A DNA stretch of 64,000 nt from Oscillospiraceae bacterium (lineage in GTDB: Bacteria; Bacillota; Clostridia; Oscillospirales; Acutalibacteraceae). The stretch lies in contig JAQXSW010000015.1 in NCBI GenBank assembly GCA_029219165.1, positions 14,487 to 78,486 of the forward strand, written 5' to 3'. The notes under the pieces are model-generated. The model did no database searches. It was not told the DNA's origin and saw nothing but the letters and a program-made list of their open reading frames with translations. Positions within the stretch are counted from its first letter, which is position 1; each line of letters opens with the position of its first letter. A program made the translations under genes and the position numbers. This document shows, one piece after another, positions 53,005 through 62,731 of the stretch.

Positions 53005-54609
53005 ATGGCAAACATTGATCTTGCAAAATACGGTATTTCCGGAACAACCGAAATCGTATACAATCCTTCATTTGAAGAATTATTCAATGAGGAAACAAAG
53101 GAAAACCTTGAAGGATATGAAGTTGGTCAGGTTACAGAACTTGGCGCTGTAAACGTTATGACAGGTATCTTCACCGGTCGTTCCCCTAAAGACAAATATA
53201 TTGTTATGGATGAAAACACAAAGAATACAATTTGGTGGACATCTGAATAATATAAAAACGACAACCACCCTCTTTCAGAGGAAAATTGGGCAGAACTTAA
53301 GAACCTTGCAATTTCTTAGCTTTCAAACAAGCGACTCTTTGTTGTAGATGCTTTCTGCGGAGCTACAAAAGAAAACAGAATGGCAATCAGATTTATTGTT
53401 GAAGTTGCTTGGCAGGCTCACTTCATAAAGAACATGTTCATTATTCCTACTGAAGATGAACTCAAAGATTTTGAGCCGGATTTCGTTGTATACAACGCTT
53501 CTAAGGCTAAGGTTGAAAACTACAAGGAACTTGGACTAAACTCTGAAACAGCTGTTGCATTCAACATTTCAAGCCGTGAACAAGTTATTATTAACACTTG
53601 GTATGGCGGAGAAATGAAGAAGGGTATGTTCTCAATGATGAACTACTACCTTCCACTTAAGGGTATTGCTTCAATGCACTGTTCAGCAAACACAGATATG
53701 AACGGTGAAAACACAGCAATCTTCTTCGGTCTTTCAGGAACAGGTAAGACAACACTTTCAACAGATCCTAAACGTCTTCTCATTGGTGACGACGAACACG
53801 GTTGGGACGACAACGGTGTATTCAACTTTGAAGGCGGATGCTACGCAAAAGTAATTGACCTTGATAAGGATTCAGAGCCGGATATCTATAATGCAATCAA
53901 ACGCAATGCGCTTCTTGAAAACGTAACAGTTGACAAAGACGGTAAAATTGACTTTTCAGATAAGAGCGTAACAGAAAACACTCGTGTATCTTATCCAATT
54001 GACCATATTGAAAAGATTGTACGTCCTATTTCTGCAGCACCTGCTGCAAAAAATGTAATCTTCCTTTCAGCAGATGCATTTGGCGTACTTCCTCCTGTTT
54101 CAATTCTTACTCCTGAACAGACAAAATACTACTTCCTTTCAGGATTCACAGCAAAACTTGCAGGAACAGAGCGTGGAATTACAGAACCAACTCCAACATT
54201 CTCAGCTTGCTTTGGACAGGCATTCCTTGAACTCCATCCAACAAAGTATGCTGAAGAGCTTGTTAAGAAGATGGAACAGAGCGGTGCTAAAGCTTACCTT
54301 GTAAACACAGGTTGGAACGGTACAGGCAAGAGAATTTCTATCAAAGATACTCGTGGAATTATTGACGGTATTTTAAGTGGTGACATTGAAAATGCTGAAA
54401 CAAAGACAATTCCTTACTTTAACTTTGAAGTTCCAACAGCACTTTCAGGAGTTGACACAGGAATCCTAGACCCACGTGACACATATGCTGATGCTTCAGA
54501 GTGGGAAGAAAAAGCAAAAGACCTTGCTTCAAGATTTATCAACAACTTCAAGAAGTATGAAGGCAACGAAGCCGGAAAGGCTCTTGTTGAGGCTGGTCCA
54601 AAACTCTGA
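53005..54609 (+). pseudogene. pckA: Phosphoenolpyruvate carboxykinase (ATP), interrupted by two in-frame stop codons
   Basis: One reading frame encodes a full-length PckA of about 534 aa ([22 protein letters not shown]-loop [11 protein letters not shown]), apart from TAA at 53248..53250 and TAG at 53317..53319. There are no frameshifts. The start at 53005 follows AAGAGG. Confidence 0.8.
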
Positions 54610-54630
54610 TAATATAATCATTAGGTATAA

Positions 54631-54660
54631 AGAGCAGAAAGAAATTTCTGCTCTTTTTTT
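54631..54660 (+). terminator. Rho-independent terminator of pckA
   Basis: AGAGCAGAAA-GAAA-TTTCTGCTCT is followed by TTTTTT. Confidence 0.7.
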
Positions 54661-54671
54661 GCCTTCAAAAC

Positions 54672-54705
54672 AAAAAAAGCCGGAAGGATTTCCTTCCGGC
54701 TTTTT
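54672..54705. terminator. Bidirectional terminator shared by pckA and the convergent tRNA operon
   Basis: GCCGGAAGG-ATTT-CCTTCCGGC is flanked by A7 and T5. It directly abuts the 3' CCA of tRNA-Gln. Confidence 0.65.
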
Positions 54706-54779
54706 GGCTGGGACGGCTGGATTTGAACCAGCGGATGACGGAGTCAAAGTCCGTTGCCTTACCGCTTGGCGACGCCCCA
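54705..54779 (-). tRNA. tRNA-Gln (anticodon UUG), CCA encoded
   Basis: 75-nt cloverleaf. The acceptor stem is TGGGGCG/CGTCCCA, the anticodon loop CUUUGAC and the T-loop TTCAAAT. It aligns with E. coli tRNA-Gln as I recall it. Confidence 0.9.
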
Positions 54780-54850
54780 ATATTCAATTTTGAAAAAAAT
54801 AAGTGAACAGAAAAGAGTATACCTCTTAGCTACTCACCCATCTTTTTATA

Positions 54851-54929
54851 TGGGGTGGAAGATGGGATTCGAACCCACGATCTCCAGTGCCACAAACTGG
54901 CGCTTTAGGCCAACTAAGCTACATCCACC
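54851..54929 (-). tRNA. tRNA-His (anticodon GUG) with encoded G-1, CCA encoded
   Basis: 79 nt. The anticodon loop is TTGTGGC, an extra 5' G sits opposite C73, and the T-loop is TTCGAAT. There is one U-U mismatch in the acceptor stem. Confidence 0.85.
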
Positions 54930-54932
54930 ATA

Positions 54933-55009
54933 TGGCGCGCTGAGAGGGACTCGAACCCCCGACCCTCTGCTTAGAAGGCAGATGCTCTATCCAGCTGAGC
55001 TATCAGCGC
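54933..55009 (-). tRNA. tRNA-Arg (anticodon UCU), CCA encoded
   Basis: 77 nt. The acceptor stem is GCGCTGA/TCAGCGC and the anticodon loop CTTCTAA. Confidence 0.9.
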
Positions 55010-55025
55010 TTATTTACAAAAAAAA

Positions 55026-55099
55026 TGGAGCAGGTGATGGGAATCGAACCCACGTGTTCAGCTTGGAAGGCTGACATTCTACCATTGAACTACACCTGC
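55026..55099 (-). tRNA. tRNA-Gly (anticodon UCC), CCA encoded
   Basis: 74 nt. The acceptor stem is GCAGGTG/CACCTGC and the anticodon loop CTTCCAA. Confidence 0.9.
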
Positions 55100-55117
55100 A
55101 TCTCTGCGACGGTGATT

Positions 55118-55146
55118 ATTTTAGCATAAGCACCGTCGACTGTCAA
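55118..55146 (-). promoter_or_regulatory. Sigma-A-type promoter for the tRNA operon (TTGACA-17 nt-TAAAAT)
   Basis: The minus-strand boxes are at 55146..55141 and 55123..55118, about 15 nt upstream of tRNA-Gly. Confidence 0.55.
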
Positions 55147-55180
55147 TAGAATTTTATATATAATTTATAGTAATTTTTTA

Positions 55181-57523
55181 TTACTTTGCCTTAACCAAAA
55201 GCTCTTCATTTGAGACTGAAACATGTATGCCTGTAACCATTGTTCCGTCTGCGTCAATTATGATATCAGCAATCTTATTTTCAATATTTCTTCTGATTAC
55301 ATTGCGCAAATCTCTTGCTCCGCGAACGTTTGAATCCATCTTAGAAACAATTGTTTTTGGAACATCCTTTTCGTAAGAAAAGTCTATTCCTTTATCCTTC
55401 AATGGCTCATTAAGTTCCGAAAGCATGAGGATTGCAATTTCTTCATAGTTTTCATCAGTTAAATCTTTAAATACTACAATTTCGTCCACACGACCAAGGA
55501 ATTCAGGTCTTAAGAAGTCTCTGAGCGCCTTCATAGCCCTTTCACTTGTTGCATCTGACTGAGAACGGGCAAAACCTAATGCACCATCCTTGCGCTCACT
55601 GCCCGCATTTGATGTCATTATGATAACTGTATTTTCAAAGTTAACAGTTCTACCCTGAGCGTCGTTTATCTTACCTTCATCAAGTATTTGAAGAAGGATA
55701 TTCATAACATCCGGATGAGCTTTCTCTATTTCGTCGAAGAGAATTACAGAATATGGCTTACGTCTTACTTTTTCCGTAAGTTGGCCTGCCTCATCATAAC
55801 CCACATAACCCGGAGGTGAACCGATAATTCTTGAAACACTATGCTTTTCCATAAACTCAGACATATCAAGTCGGATAAGTGTTTCAGGAGTGTCAAAGAG
55901 TTCATTTGCAAGTTGCTTTACAAGTTCTGTTTTACCAACACCTGTAGGACCTACGAAAATGAAAGAAGAAGGTCTTCTTCTTGAATTAATTTGAACACGG
56001 CTTCTCTTAACTGCTGCAGCAACAGCTTCAACAGCTTCATCCTGCCCCTTAACCTTTGCTTTAAGGTTTTCAGAAAGGTTTGCAAGTTTACGAAGATCAG
56101 ATTCAATTACTTTAGAAGCAGGTATTCCGGTCCAAAGCTGAATTACCTTTGCTAAATCTTCCTCTGTTACCTGGTTATCTTTTGCTTTTTCAAGTATTTC
56201 CGGAAGCTTTGTTTCCATGGCAATAATTTCAGCTTTTGTCTTTGCCTGCTCTTCATAATCAGGATTTTCTGTTTCAGCTTCCATATCCTCAAGGTCAGCC
56301 TTTAAGTCAGCAAGTTGTTTCTCAGCAATTTCAGACTCTGAAATTGCCTTGTTTCTAAGATTTGCACAAGTACAAGCTTCATCAAGAAGATCTATTGCCT
56401 TATCAGGCAAAAATCTATCGGTTATATATCTTTCAGACAAAACAACAGCTCTGTGAACTAAACTATCTGAAATCTGTACTCTATGATAGTCTTCATAATA
56501 TGACTTAATACCGACAAGGACTTCATAAGTCTGTTCAATTGATGGTTCGTCAACCTTTATTGGCTGGAATCTACGCTCTAAAGCGGCATCCTTTTCAATG
56601 TGCTTCCTGTATTCAGTGAATGTAGTTGCACCAATTACTTGAATTTCTCCTCTTGAAAGTGCAGGCTTCAAAATATTTGCTGCGTTCATTGTACCGTCTG
56701 AGTCGCCTGTGCCAACAAGATTATGAACTTCATCTATAAATAGAATAATATTTCCTTCATTTTTTACTTCTTCAACAAGGCCCTTTATACGACTTTCAAA
56801 CTGCCCACGGAACTGCGTTCCGGCAACAAGCGCTGTAAGGTCAAGAAGATGAATTTCCTTATCCTTAAGCTTTGCAGGAACATCTCCTGATGCAATCCTA
56901 AGTGCAAGACCCTCGGCAATGGCAGTTTTACCTACACCCGGTTCGCCAATAAGACAAGGGTTGTTTTTAGATCTACGACAGAGAATTTGTACTGCTCTTC
57001 CTATTTCATTGTCACGGCCAATAATTCTGTCTATTTTGCCGTCCCTAGCCTTTTCAGTGAGGTCTGTGCAATAAAGACCAAGATATTTGCGCTTTTTGCG
57101 ATCTCCCTTGTTTCCACGCTTTGATCGACGTTTTTTCTTGCCACCATCTTCAGCGCTGTCGTCTTCATTTTCTTCTATATCTTCTGAAGATTTTTTTGGA
57201 CCGCCAAAGAGAGAAAATCCACTTTCCCCGTCTCCGCCAAGAGCGCCAAAAAGTGACGCAAGTGAAGGCATTGAAGGGGCACCGCCCTCTTCAAAATCCT
57301 CATCTTCATTAAATCCCATAAGACTGTTAAACTGATCAGATACAGAATCCACGTCTTCTTCGCTTATTCCCATACTCTCCATCATCTGTTTAACAGGTCC
57401 AATATTAAGTTCCATTGCACATTTAAGACAATATCCCTCTGAAGCGTTTTTATCTCCTTCTATTTTAGAGATAAAAACAACAGCCGGATTCTTCTTACAT
57501 TTTATGCATACCATCTGTTTCAT
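55181..57523 (-). CDS. ClpC/ClpA-type double AAA+ unfoldase with an N-terminal zinc-ribbon in place of Clp_N repeats
   Basis: Walker A motifs are GEPGVGKTAIAEGLA (D1) and GPTGVGKTELVKQLA (D2), with a short coiled-coil M-region. A candidate ClpP-docking tripeptide LGF is present. The N-terminus carries CIKC...CLKC. Confidence 0.85.
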   Translation of the reverse strand: MKQMVCIKCKKNPAVVFISKIEGDKNASEGYCLKCAMELNIGPVKQMMESMGISEEDVDSVSDQFNSLMGFNEDEDFEEGGAPSMPSLASLFGALGGDGESGFSLFGGPKKSSEDIEENEDDSAEDGGKKKRRSKRGNKGDRKKRKYLGLYCTDLTEKARDGKIDRIIGRDNEIGRAVQILCRRSKNNPCLIGEPGVGKTAIAEGLALRIASGDVPAKLKDKEIHLLDLTALVAGTQFRGQFESRIKGLVEEVKNEGNIILFIDEVHNLVGTGDSDGTMNAANILKPALSRGEIQVIGATTFTEYRKHIEKDAALERRFQPIKVDEPSIEQTYEVLVGIKSYYEDYHRVQISDSLVHRAVVLSERYITDRFLPDKAIDLLDEACTCANLRNKAISESEIAEKQLADLKADLEDMEAETENPDYEEQAKTKAEIIAMETKLPEILEKAKDNQVTEEDLAKVIQLWTGIPASKVIESDLRKLANLSENLKAKVKGQDEAVEAVAAAVKRSRVQINSRRRPSSFIFVGPTGVGKTELVKQLANELFDTPETLIRLDMSEFMEKHSVSRIIGSPPGYVGYDEAGQLTEKVRRKPYSVILFDEIEKAHPDVMNILLQILDEGKINDAQGRTVNFENTVIIMTSNAGSERKDGALGFARSQSDATSERAMKALRDFLRPEFLGRVDEIVVFKDLTDENYEEIAILMLSELNEPLKDKGIDFSYEKDVPKTIVSKMDSNVRGARDLRNVIRRNIENKIADIIIDADGTMVTGIHVSVSNEELLVKAK

Positions 57524-57532
57524 AAAATTACC

Positions 57533-58177
57533 TTAACCTTTACGAGCTTTAAGCTTTCTGACCGTGTCCGGCACATATGAGAAAAATGCCAAAAGTGTAC
57601 AAAAAGCTGAAATTGATACCAAAATAATAATTACAACATTAGGCAGTGTGAAAAATTTATTAAACACACCGAATGTCGGAGAAAACAACATTAGGCATCC
57701 CATTACCAAATAAAATACCGTTGTTGCAATTTTTCCAAAAATAATTGCAGAAGTAGGCACAATATCCATACCAAGAAGAACAAAACTTCCAACAATCATT
57801 AATAATTCCTTGATAATAAACAGTAGAAAAACATAGCTGAACAGTTTTAATGACTGATCTTTTGAATCCAAAAAATGAATAAAGAAAGTAAATGCAACAG
57901 TTATTTGAGTAAGCTTGTCCGCTGCAGGATCAAGAAGTTTTCCTAAATCACTAATCTGATTAAAACGTCTTGCAATTTTACCGTCAAGCAAGTCTGTAAC
58001 ACCTGAAATAAAAATTATAGATACAGCAATTGCATACTTTCCAGAAAGAAAAAAGAAAACAAAAAACGGAATTAAAATCACTCTAAACAGTGAAAGAATA
58101 TTCGGTATTGTAAGCGCATTCTCATTCATTTTATTAAATTGCTCTTTTAATGTGTCTATTCCCTTTGAATTTGCCAT
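57533..58177 (-). CDS. pgsA: CDP-alcohol phosphatidyltransferase (PgsA-like)
   Basis: The motif is DLLDGKIARRFNQISDLGKLLDPAADK, that is D(x)2DG(x)2AR...G(x)3D(x)3D. The start at 58177 follows AAGGAG. Confidence 0.8.
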   Translation of the reverse strand: MANSKGIDTLKEQFNKMNENALTIPNILSLFRVILIPFFVFFFLSGKYAIAVSIIFISGVTDLLDGKIARRFNQISDLGKLLDPAADKLTQITVAFTFFIHFLDSKDQSLKLFSYVFLLFIIKELLMIVGSFVLLGMDIVPTSAIIFGKIATTVFYLVMGCLMLFSPTFGVFNKFFTLPNVVIIILVSISAFCTLLAFFSYVPDTVRKLKARKG

Positions 58178-58187
58178 AACAATCTCC

Positions 58188-59372
58188 TTATTTTGACTTC
58201 GTACACTTATCAATTTTACCCATTGAATAAACGTATGTGTTCTTTCCTATATCAAATACAGAAATAGAATTTGAATCTGTATGATACTCTTTATACTTAC
58301 TGCCGTTCCCCTTATAAACAATTACTTCGTCATCCAAGAGAACTGCAATTTTTGAGTTTGCTGCAAAAATTGATTTAACTGAACTTGTGAGTTTTTCCTC
58401 AAATGCTACACCAAAGTTTTTGGTATATGATGTAAGTATTTGAGAATTTGTACTACCGGATTCAGAAAGAACCACTACAGTAGTGCCGTCCTCTGCAAAG
58501 AAATAATTTGAAAGAGTATTTCCTTCATATAGTTTATCTTCTTTTTCATCCAAATCATCTATGAATGAAATAAGATTATCTCCGACAGCAACAACCTTAT
58601 TATTTGTTACAAAATTCAAATCTATGATTGCTGTTCCTGGATATTCAAATGTAGAAACCGGGTCCGAATATTCAAAATCAAAAATGTAAATCTTAGAGAA
58701 AATTTCACCGTCACGCGCACCAATTACTGCAACTGCAGCATATTTGCCGTTATCCGAAAGAGAAACTGAAATAATGCTATCATTTGCACATTTCCAAGCG
58801 AAAACCTCTTTTTTATAACTATTGTTACGCACTGAAAGTTTGGACACGGCTGAATCGCACGTGGTAGCAATTGCTATATTTCCTTTTTTACCAATTGCAC
58901 ATGTTATTATTTTCTCATTGTTTTCTGTTTCACCAACATGCAAAGTTTCTGTTCTATTTTCCACCCTGTAGCGATTATCATCTCTATTATAGACAATTGC
59001 CTTTCCACTTTTAATAGCCATTACAGGTGAAGAATATGTATGGCTTGCAGTTTTGACAACTTTTGCAGTTGTATCCAGAGACATTGTATCTCCATCAGTC
59101 AGTATAAATAAATTACCATTCAAAACTCCAATTTGACGAACCGAACTTGAATTTATTTTATATGGATAACCTTCACCGGGAGTAAGGCTTACAAAAAATG
59201 TCCTAATACTGTCATTTATTTTTGAAACAGAGGCAAATCCAAGAGTTTCGGCTGCAAAAAACAATAAAAGTAATATCAAAAAAATGACAGATATTATACG
59301 TAAAGCAATTATATGTTTATTCCTTAACTTAAACTTAAAATTTCTTTTATTTTTTACATTCTGTTCAGCCAA
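58188..59372 (-). CDS. Membrane-anchored hypothetical protein (beta-rich ectodomain)
   Basis: The TTG start at 59372 follows GGAGGTG and overlaps the truA stop. It has one N-terminal TM (IIALRIISVIFLILLLLFFAA). I recognise no motif. Confidence 0.5.
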   Translation of the reverse strand: MAEQNVKNKRNFKFKLRNKHIIALRIISVIFLILLLLFFAAETLGFASVSKINDSIRTFFVSLTPGEGYPYKINSSSVRQIGVLNGNLFILTDGDTMSLDTTAKVVKTASHTYSSPVMAIKSGKAIVYNRDDNRYRVENRTETLHVGETENNEKIITCAIGKKGNIAIATTCDSAVSKLSVRNNSYKKEVFAWKCANDSIISVSLSDNGKYAAVAVIGARDGEIFSKIYIFDFEYSDPVSTFEYPGTAIIDLNFVTNNKVVAVGDNLISFIDDLDEKEDKLYEGNTLSNYFFAEDGTTVVVLSESGSTNSQILTSYTKNFGVAFEEKLTSSVKSIFAANSKIAVLLDDEVIVYKGNGSKYKEYHTDSNSISVFDIGKNTYVYSMGKIDKCTKSK

Positions 59373-60126
59373 TACTCTCACCTCCGTTAAAATCATAGTA
59401 TACCTTGTCCAAATATAGGCCGCATGCACGAGCAGTTATTCCTGCGGATTTCCTGTCCTTATTTGCAATTATTTCCTTTATACTTCCGGGTTCCCTCTTC
59501 CCCTCAGAAATAAAGAGAAGGGTACCAACCATTATTCGAACCATATTGTAAAGAAAACCATCCGCAACAACCGTAAACACTATTAAGTCGTCCTCAATAG
59601 TAACTGATGCGTCATACACAGTTCTTACTGTATCTTCAACGTCTGTTTTTATTGAGCAAAAACTCGTAAAATCATAAGTTCCAATGAAATCCTTCGCCTG
59701 TTCATTTAGAAACTCCACATCTATATGTGGCCTATAATGAAGTGCACGTCCTTCATAAAACGGATTTCTTGATGATTGGTTATAAATCTTGTATTTATAT
59801 TGCTTTGCAACACAACTGTATCTGGGATGAAAATCTTCAGGCATATCCTTGCAGTCAGCAACTGAAATATCCGGTGGAAGTTTTGCGTTTAAAGCGCCCA
59901 TTAACTTATAACAATCAATGTTACTTTCTGTTCTAAGAGTACAGCAATACATATTTGCATGAACTCCCGTATCCGTTCTAGAACAGCCTGTAATCGGCTC
60001 TCTTTTGGACAAGATAAGTTCAACCGCATTTTGCAGTTCCTCTTGCACAGTATGCGCGTTCTCTTGAACTTGCCAACCGTGATATTCAGTACCCAAATAT
60101 TTTAACTCAAGAAGAATATTTCTCAT
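59365..60126 (-). CDS. truA: tRNA pseudouridine(38-40) synthase TruA
   Basis: The N-terminus is MRNILLELKYLGTEYHGWQVQ and the catalytic motif is RTDTGVHA. The start at 60126 follows GAGGG. Confidence 0.9.
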   Translation of the reverse strand: MRNILLELKYLGTEYHGWQVQENAHTVQEELQNAVELILSKREPITGCSRTDTGVHANMYCCTLRTESNIDCYKLMGALNAKLPPDISVADCKDMPEDFHPRYSCVAKQYKYKIYNQSSRNPFYEGRALHYRPHIDVEFLNEQAKDFIGTYDFTSFCSIKTDVEDTVRTVYDASVTIEDDLIVFTVVADGFLYNMVRIMVGTLLFISEGKREPGSIKEIIANKDRKSAGITARACGLYLDKVYYDFNGGESIG

Positions 60127-60160
60127 CCGAATACCCTCAAAACAACCTAAAAATAAGTTT

Positions 60161-60976
60161 TTAAATAAGATGTGGAAATACAAAATTTAAAGACACAACT
60201 CCGGCTGTTACCAAGACCATAAAAACAAAGCCGGCAAAATCTCTTACTGAATAAGACATCTGCTTCATTCTAGTTCTGCCTTCAGCTCCATGATAACATC
60301 TGCATTCCATTGCATAAGCCAGCTCATAAGCTCTTCTAAAAGAAGTTATGAAAAGTGGAATAAAGATTGGAATAAGTGCCTTGGCCCTTTCAACAAGAGT
60401 TCCTGTTTCAAGATCAGCTCCGCGAGCTTTTTGTGCGCTTGTAATCTTGTCAAACTCCTCAATAAGCGTAGGAATGAATCTTAGTGCAATAGTCATCATC
60501 ATTGCAATTGTATGAATGCTATTTCTCATAAACTTCAAAGGAGAAAGAAGTCTTTCTATTGCGTCGGTTATAAGAGTTGGAGATGTAGTATATGTTAAAA
60601 GTGAACTTGCAACTACAAGACTTACAATTCTGATAACCATAAATATAGCAGTATATATGCCGCCGGTTGAAATGTGTATAAACTTCCATTCAAATATTAT
60701 TGTTCCTGTTTTAGTGTAAAGTACATTTAAAATAGCAGTGAACAAAATAATTATGAAAATTGGTTTTACACTTTTCAGTATTGTCTTTACCGGGATTTTA
60801 GAAAGAAGCACCATAATAACAAGTGCTATTACCATAACCCCTAAAGAATAAAAATTCTTACAAACAAAAATTACAATTATATAAACAAATGTAAGAATTA
60901 ATTTCATTCTGGGATCCATTTTATGAACAATAGAATTTCCGGGGAAATATTGTCCAATTGTAATATCTTTAATCAT
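60161..60976 (-). CDS. ecfT: ECF transporter transmembrane component EcfT
   Basis: Polytopic membrane protein with the AQKARGA coupling motif. Gene order is ecfA-ecfA'-ecfT-truA, as in Bacillus. Confidence 0.85.
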   Translation of the reverse strand: MIKDITIGQYFPGNSIVHKMDPRMKLILTFVYIIVIFVCKNFYSLGVMVIALVIMVLLSKIPVKTILKSVKPIFIIILFTAILNVLYTKTGTIIFEWKFIHISTGGIYTAIFMVIRIVSLVVASSLLTYTTSPTLITDAIERLLSPLKFMRNSIHTIAMMMTIALRFIPTLIEEFDKITSAQKARGADLETGTLVERAKALIPIFIPLFITSFRRAYELAYAMECRCYHGAEGRTRMKQMSYSVRDFAGFVFMVLVTAGVVSLNFVFPHLI

Positions 60977-61836
60977 AGGCCGTTCACCAGTCCACGAATT
61001 CGCTTAATTTCTTCTACACCTTGTTCAACAGTATAGATATTTGTGCGAACCGGAAATCCTTTCTCATGAAGACCCATGAAGATTTTCGTAATCTGCGGAA
61101 CATCAAGTCCCATATTCATTATTTCATCAGCACGTTTATATGTCTCATCTACAGTGTCATAAGATATGACTTTTGAAGAATTCATCACAAGAACCTTTGA
61201 TGCAATCTTTGCAACATCCTCCATACTATGGGAGACAATCATTACTGTGCTGCCTGTTTCCTCTCTGTATTCTTTTATAAGACCTAGAATTTTGTCTCTG
61301 CCTTTTGGATCAAGGCCGGACGTTGGCTCATCAAGAATTAAGATTTTTGGTTCCATTGCCATTACACCGGCAATTGCAACACGACGTTTTTCTCCGCCGG
61401 AAAGATCAAAAGGGGAACGTGCAAGCATGTCATCTGTTACTCCAACAAATTCAGCTGCCTTTCTGACCCTTCTGTCTATTTCGTCCTCAGAGAGTTTCAT
61501 ATTCTTTGGTCCAAATGCAATATCTTTATAAGAAGTCTCTTCAAAGAGTTGATATTCAGGATATTGGAAACAAAGTCCAACTTTAAATCTTGCTTCATGA
61601 AGTGACTTTTTGCTTTCCCAAATATCTTGTCCATCAACTATGACTTTTCCATTTGTCGGTTTCAAAAGACCGTTAAAATGCTGTATAAGTGTACTCTTTC
61701 CCGAACCGGTATGACCAATTACTGCAACCAGTTCGCCTTCATCTATTTCAATATTGGCATTATCCAGCGCCGTAACCTCAAAAGGGGTTCCAATGGAGTA
61801 GCAATATGTTAAATTTTCAGTTTTAAGAATTGACAT
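60973..61836 (-). CDS. ecfA2: ECF transporter ATPase EcfA2
   Basis: Walker A GHTGSGKST, signature LSGGEKRR and Walker B LILDEPT. Confidence 0.85.
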   Translation of the reverse strand: MSILKTENLTYCYSIGTPFEVTALDNANIEIDEGELVAVIGHTGSGKSTLIQHFNGLLKPTNGKVIVDGQDIWESKKSLHEARFKVGLCFQYPEYQLFEETSYKDIAFGPKNMKLSEDEIDRRVRKAAEFVGVTDDMLARSPFDLSGGEKRRVAIAGVMAMEPKILILDEPTSGLDPKGRDKILGLIKEYREETGSTVMIVSHSMEDVAKIASKVLVMNSSKVISYDTVDETYKRADEIMNMGLDVPQITKIFMGLHEKGFPVRTNIYTVEQGVEEIKRIRGLVNGL

Positions 61837-61839
61837 TAA

Positions 61840-62718
61840 TTACTCCTCCAAAAGAGTACTGAGCGAAGTTACACACTCATCTGCATTAAGTATATCGTTT
61901 GGCATTAAAAGCCCGATCTTTGAAAGTTCATTTGAGAATTCGGTAGCCTGTGGCACATCAAGACCAACACTTCTGAGTTTTTCAGGATTACTGAAAACTT
62001 CGCGTGGGGTGCCATCCATAATTACGGAACCCTCATCCATAACTACAACTCTATCCGCAGTTACAGCTTCATCCATAAAGTGAGTAATAAACACAACAGT
62101 CATTGAAAGTTCATCATGTAGCTTCCTTACAGTATTCATTACTTCACGTCTGCCTCTTGGGTCTAGCATAGCTGTGGATTCATCAAGTACCAAACAGTCG
62201 GGTTGCATTGCCAAAATTCCTGCAATTGCAACTCTTTGTTTTTGTCCTCCGGAAAGTTTATGAGGTTCATGACCTCGGTATTCATACATGCCGACAGCCT
62301 TAAGCGATTCATCCACTCTCTTTCGAATTTCTATTGGATCGACACCTAAATTTTCCGGACCAAAAGCTACATCCTCCTCAACAATTGTGGCAACAATTTG
62401 ATTGTCAGGATTTTGGAATACCATTCCAACATGCTGACGAATTTTCATGGTTCTTTCAAGTTCAACTTCTTCTGTTTCACCAACCACAAATGTTGGAATC
62501 CCCTCAACATAAACGGTACCTTCATCCGGCATAAGAATTGCATTTGAAAGCTTTGCAAGTGTTGACTTTCCTGAACCATTGTGACCGAGAATTGCAATAT
62601 ATTCGCCCTTTTTTATGGAAAGAGATACGTTTTTTACAGCATATTCAGTTTTAGCCTTATCTTCAGTTATTTCATCATAAGAAAAACTGACATTATCAAA
62701 TCTTAGTATTTCTTCCAT
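61840..62718 (-). CDS. ecfA1: ECF transporter ATPase EcfA1
   Basis: Walker [10 protein letters not shown], signature LSGGQKQR and Walker B LVLDEST. The start at 62718 (MEEILRF) follows AAGGAG. Confidence 0.85.
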   Translation of the reverse strand: MEEILRFDNVSFSYDEITEDKAKTEYAVKNVSLSIKKGEYIAILGHNGSGKSTLAKLSNAILMPDEGTVYVEGIPTFVVGETEEVELERTMKIRQHVGMVFQNPDNQIVATIVEEDVAFGPENLGVDPIEIRKRVDESLKAVGMYEYRGHEPHKLSGGQKQRVAIAGILAMQPDCLVLDESTAMLDPRGRREVMNTVRKLHDELSMTVVFITHFMDEAVTADRVVVMDEGSVIMDGTPREVFSNPEKLRSVGLDVPQATEFSNELSKIGLLMPNDILNADECVTSLSTLLEE

Positions 62719-62731
62719 AAAAACTCCTTTT

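Noticed and set aside
53248-53319. Idea that TAA/TAG are reassigned to Gln (alternative genetic code), which would explain the pckA stops
   Set aside because: TAA is the genuine stop of most neighbouring genes (pilB, tsf, rex, acn, spoIIID, larC2 and others), with sensible protein ends. The adjacent tRNA-Gln has a normal UUG anticodon, and no suppressor tRNA is visible.
54476-55074. ORFs of 83-106 aa spanning the pckA 3' end and the tRNA cluster
   Set aside because: They overlap four well-folded tRNA genes and two terminators, so they are not coding.
54705-55146. tRNA cluster as an integration hotspot or mobile-element boundary
   Set aside because: No integrase, direct repeat of a tRNA 3' end, or compositional break is visible on either side. 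The flanking genes are housekeeping.
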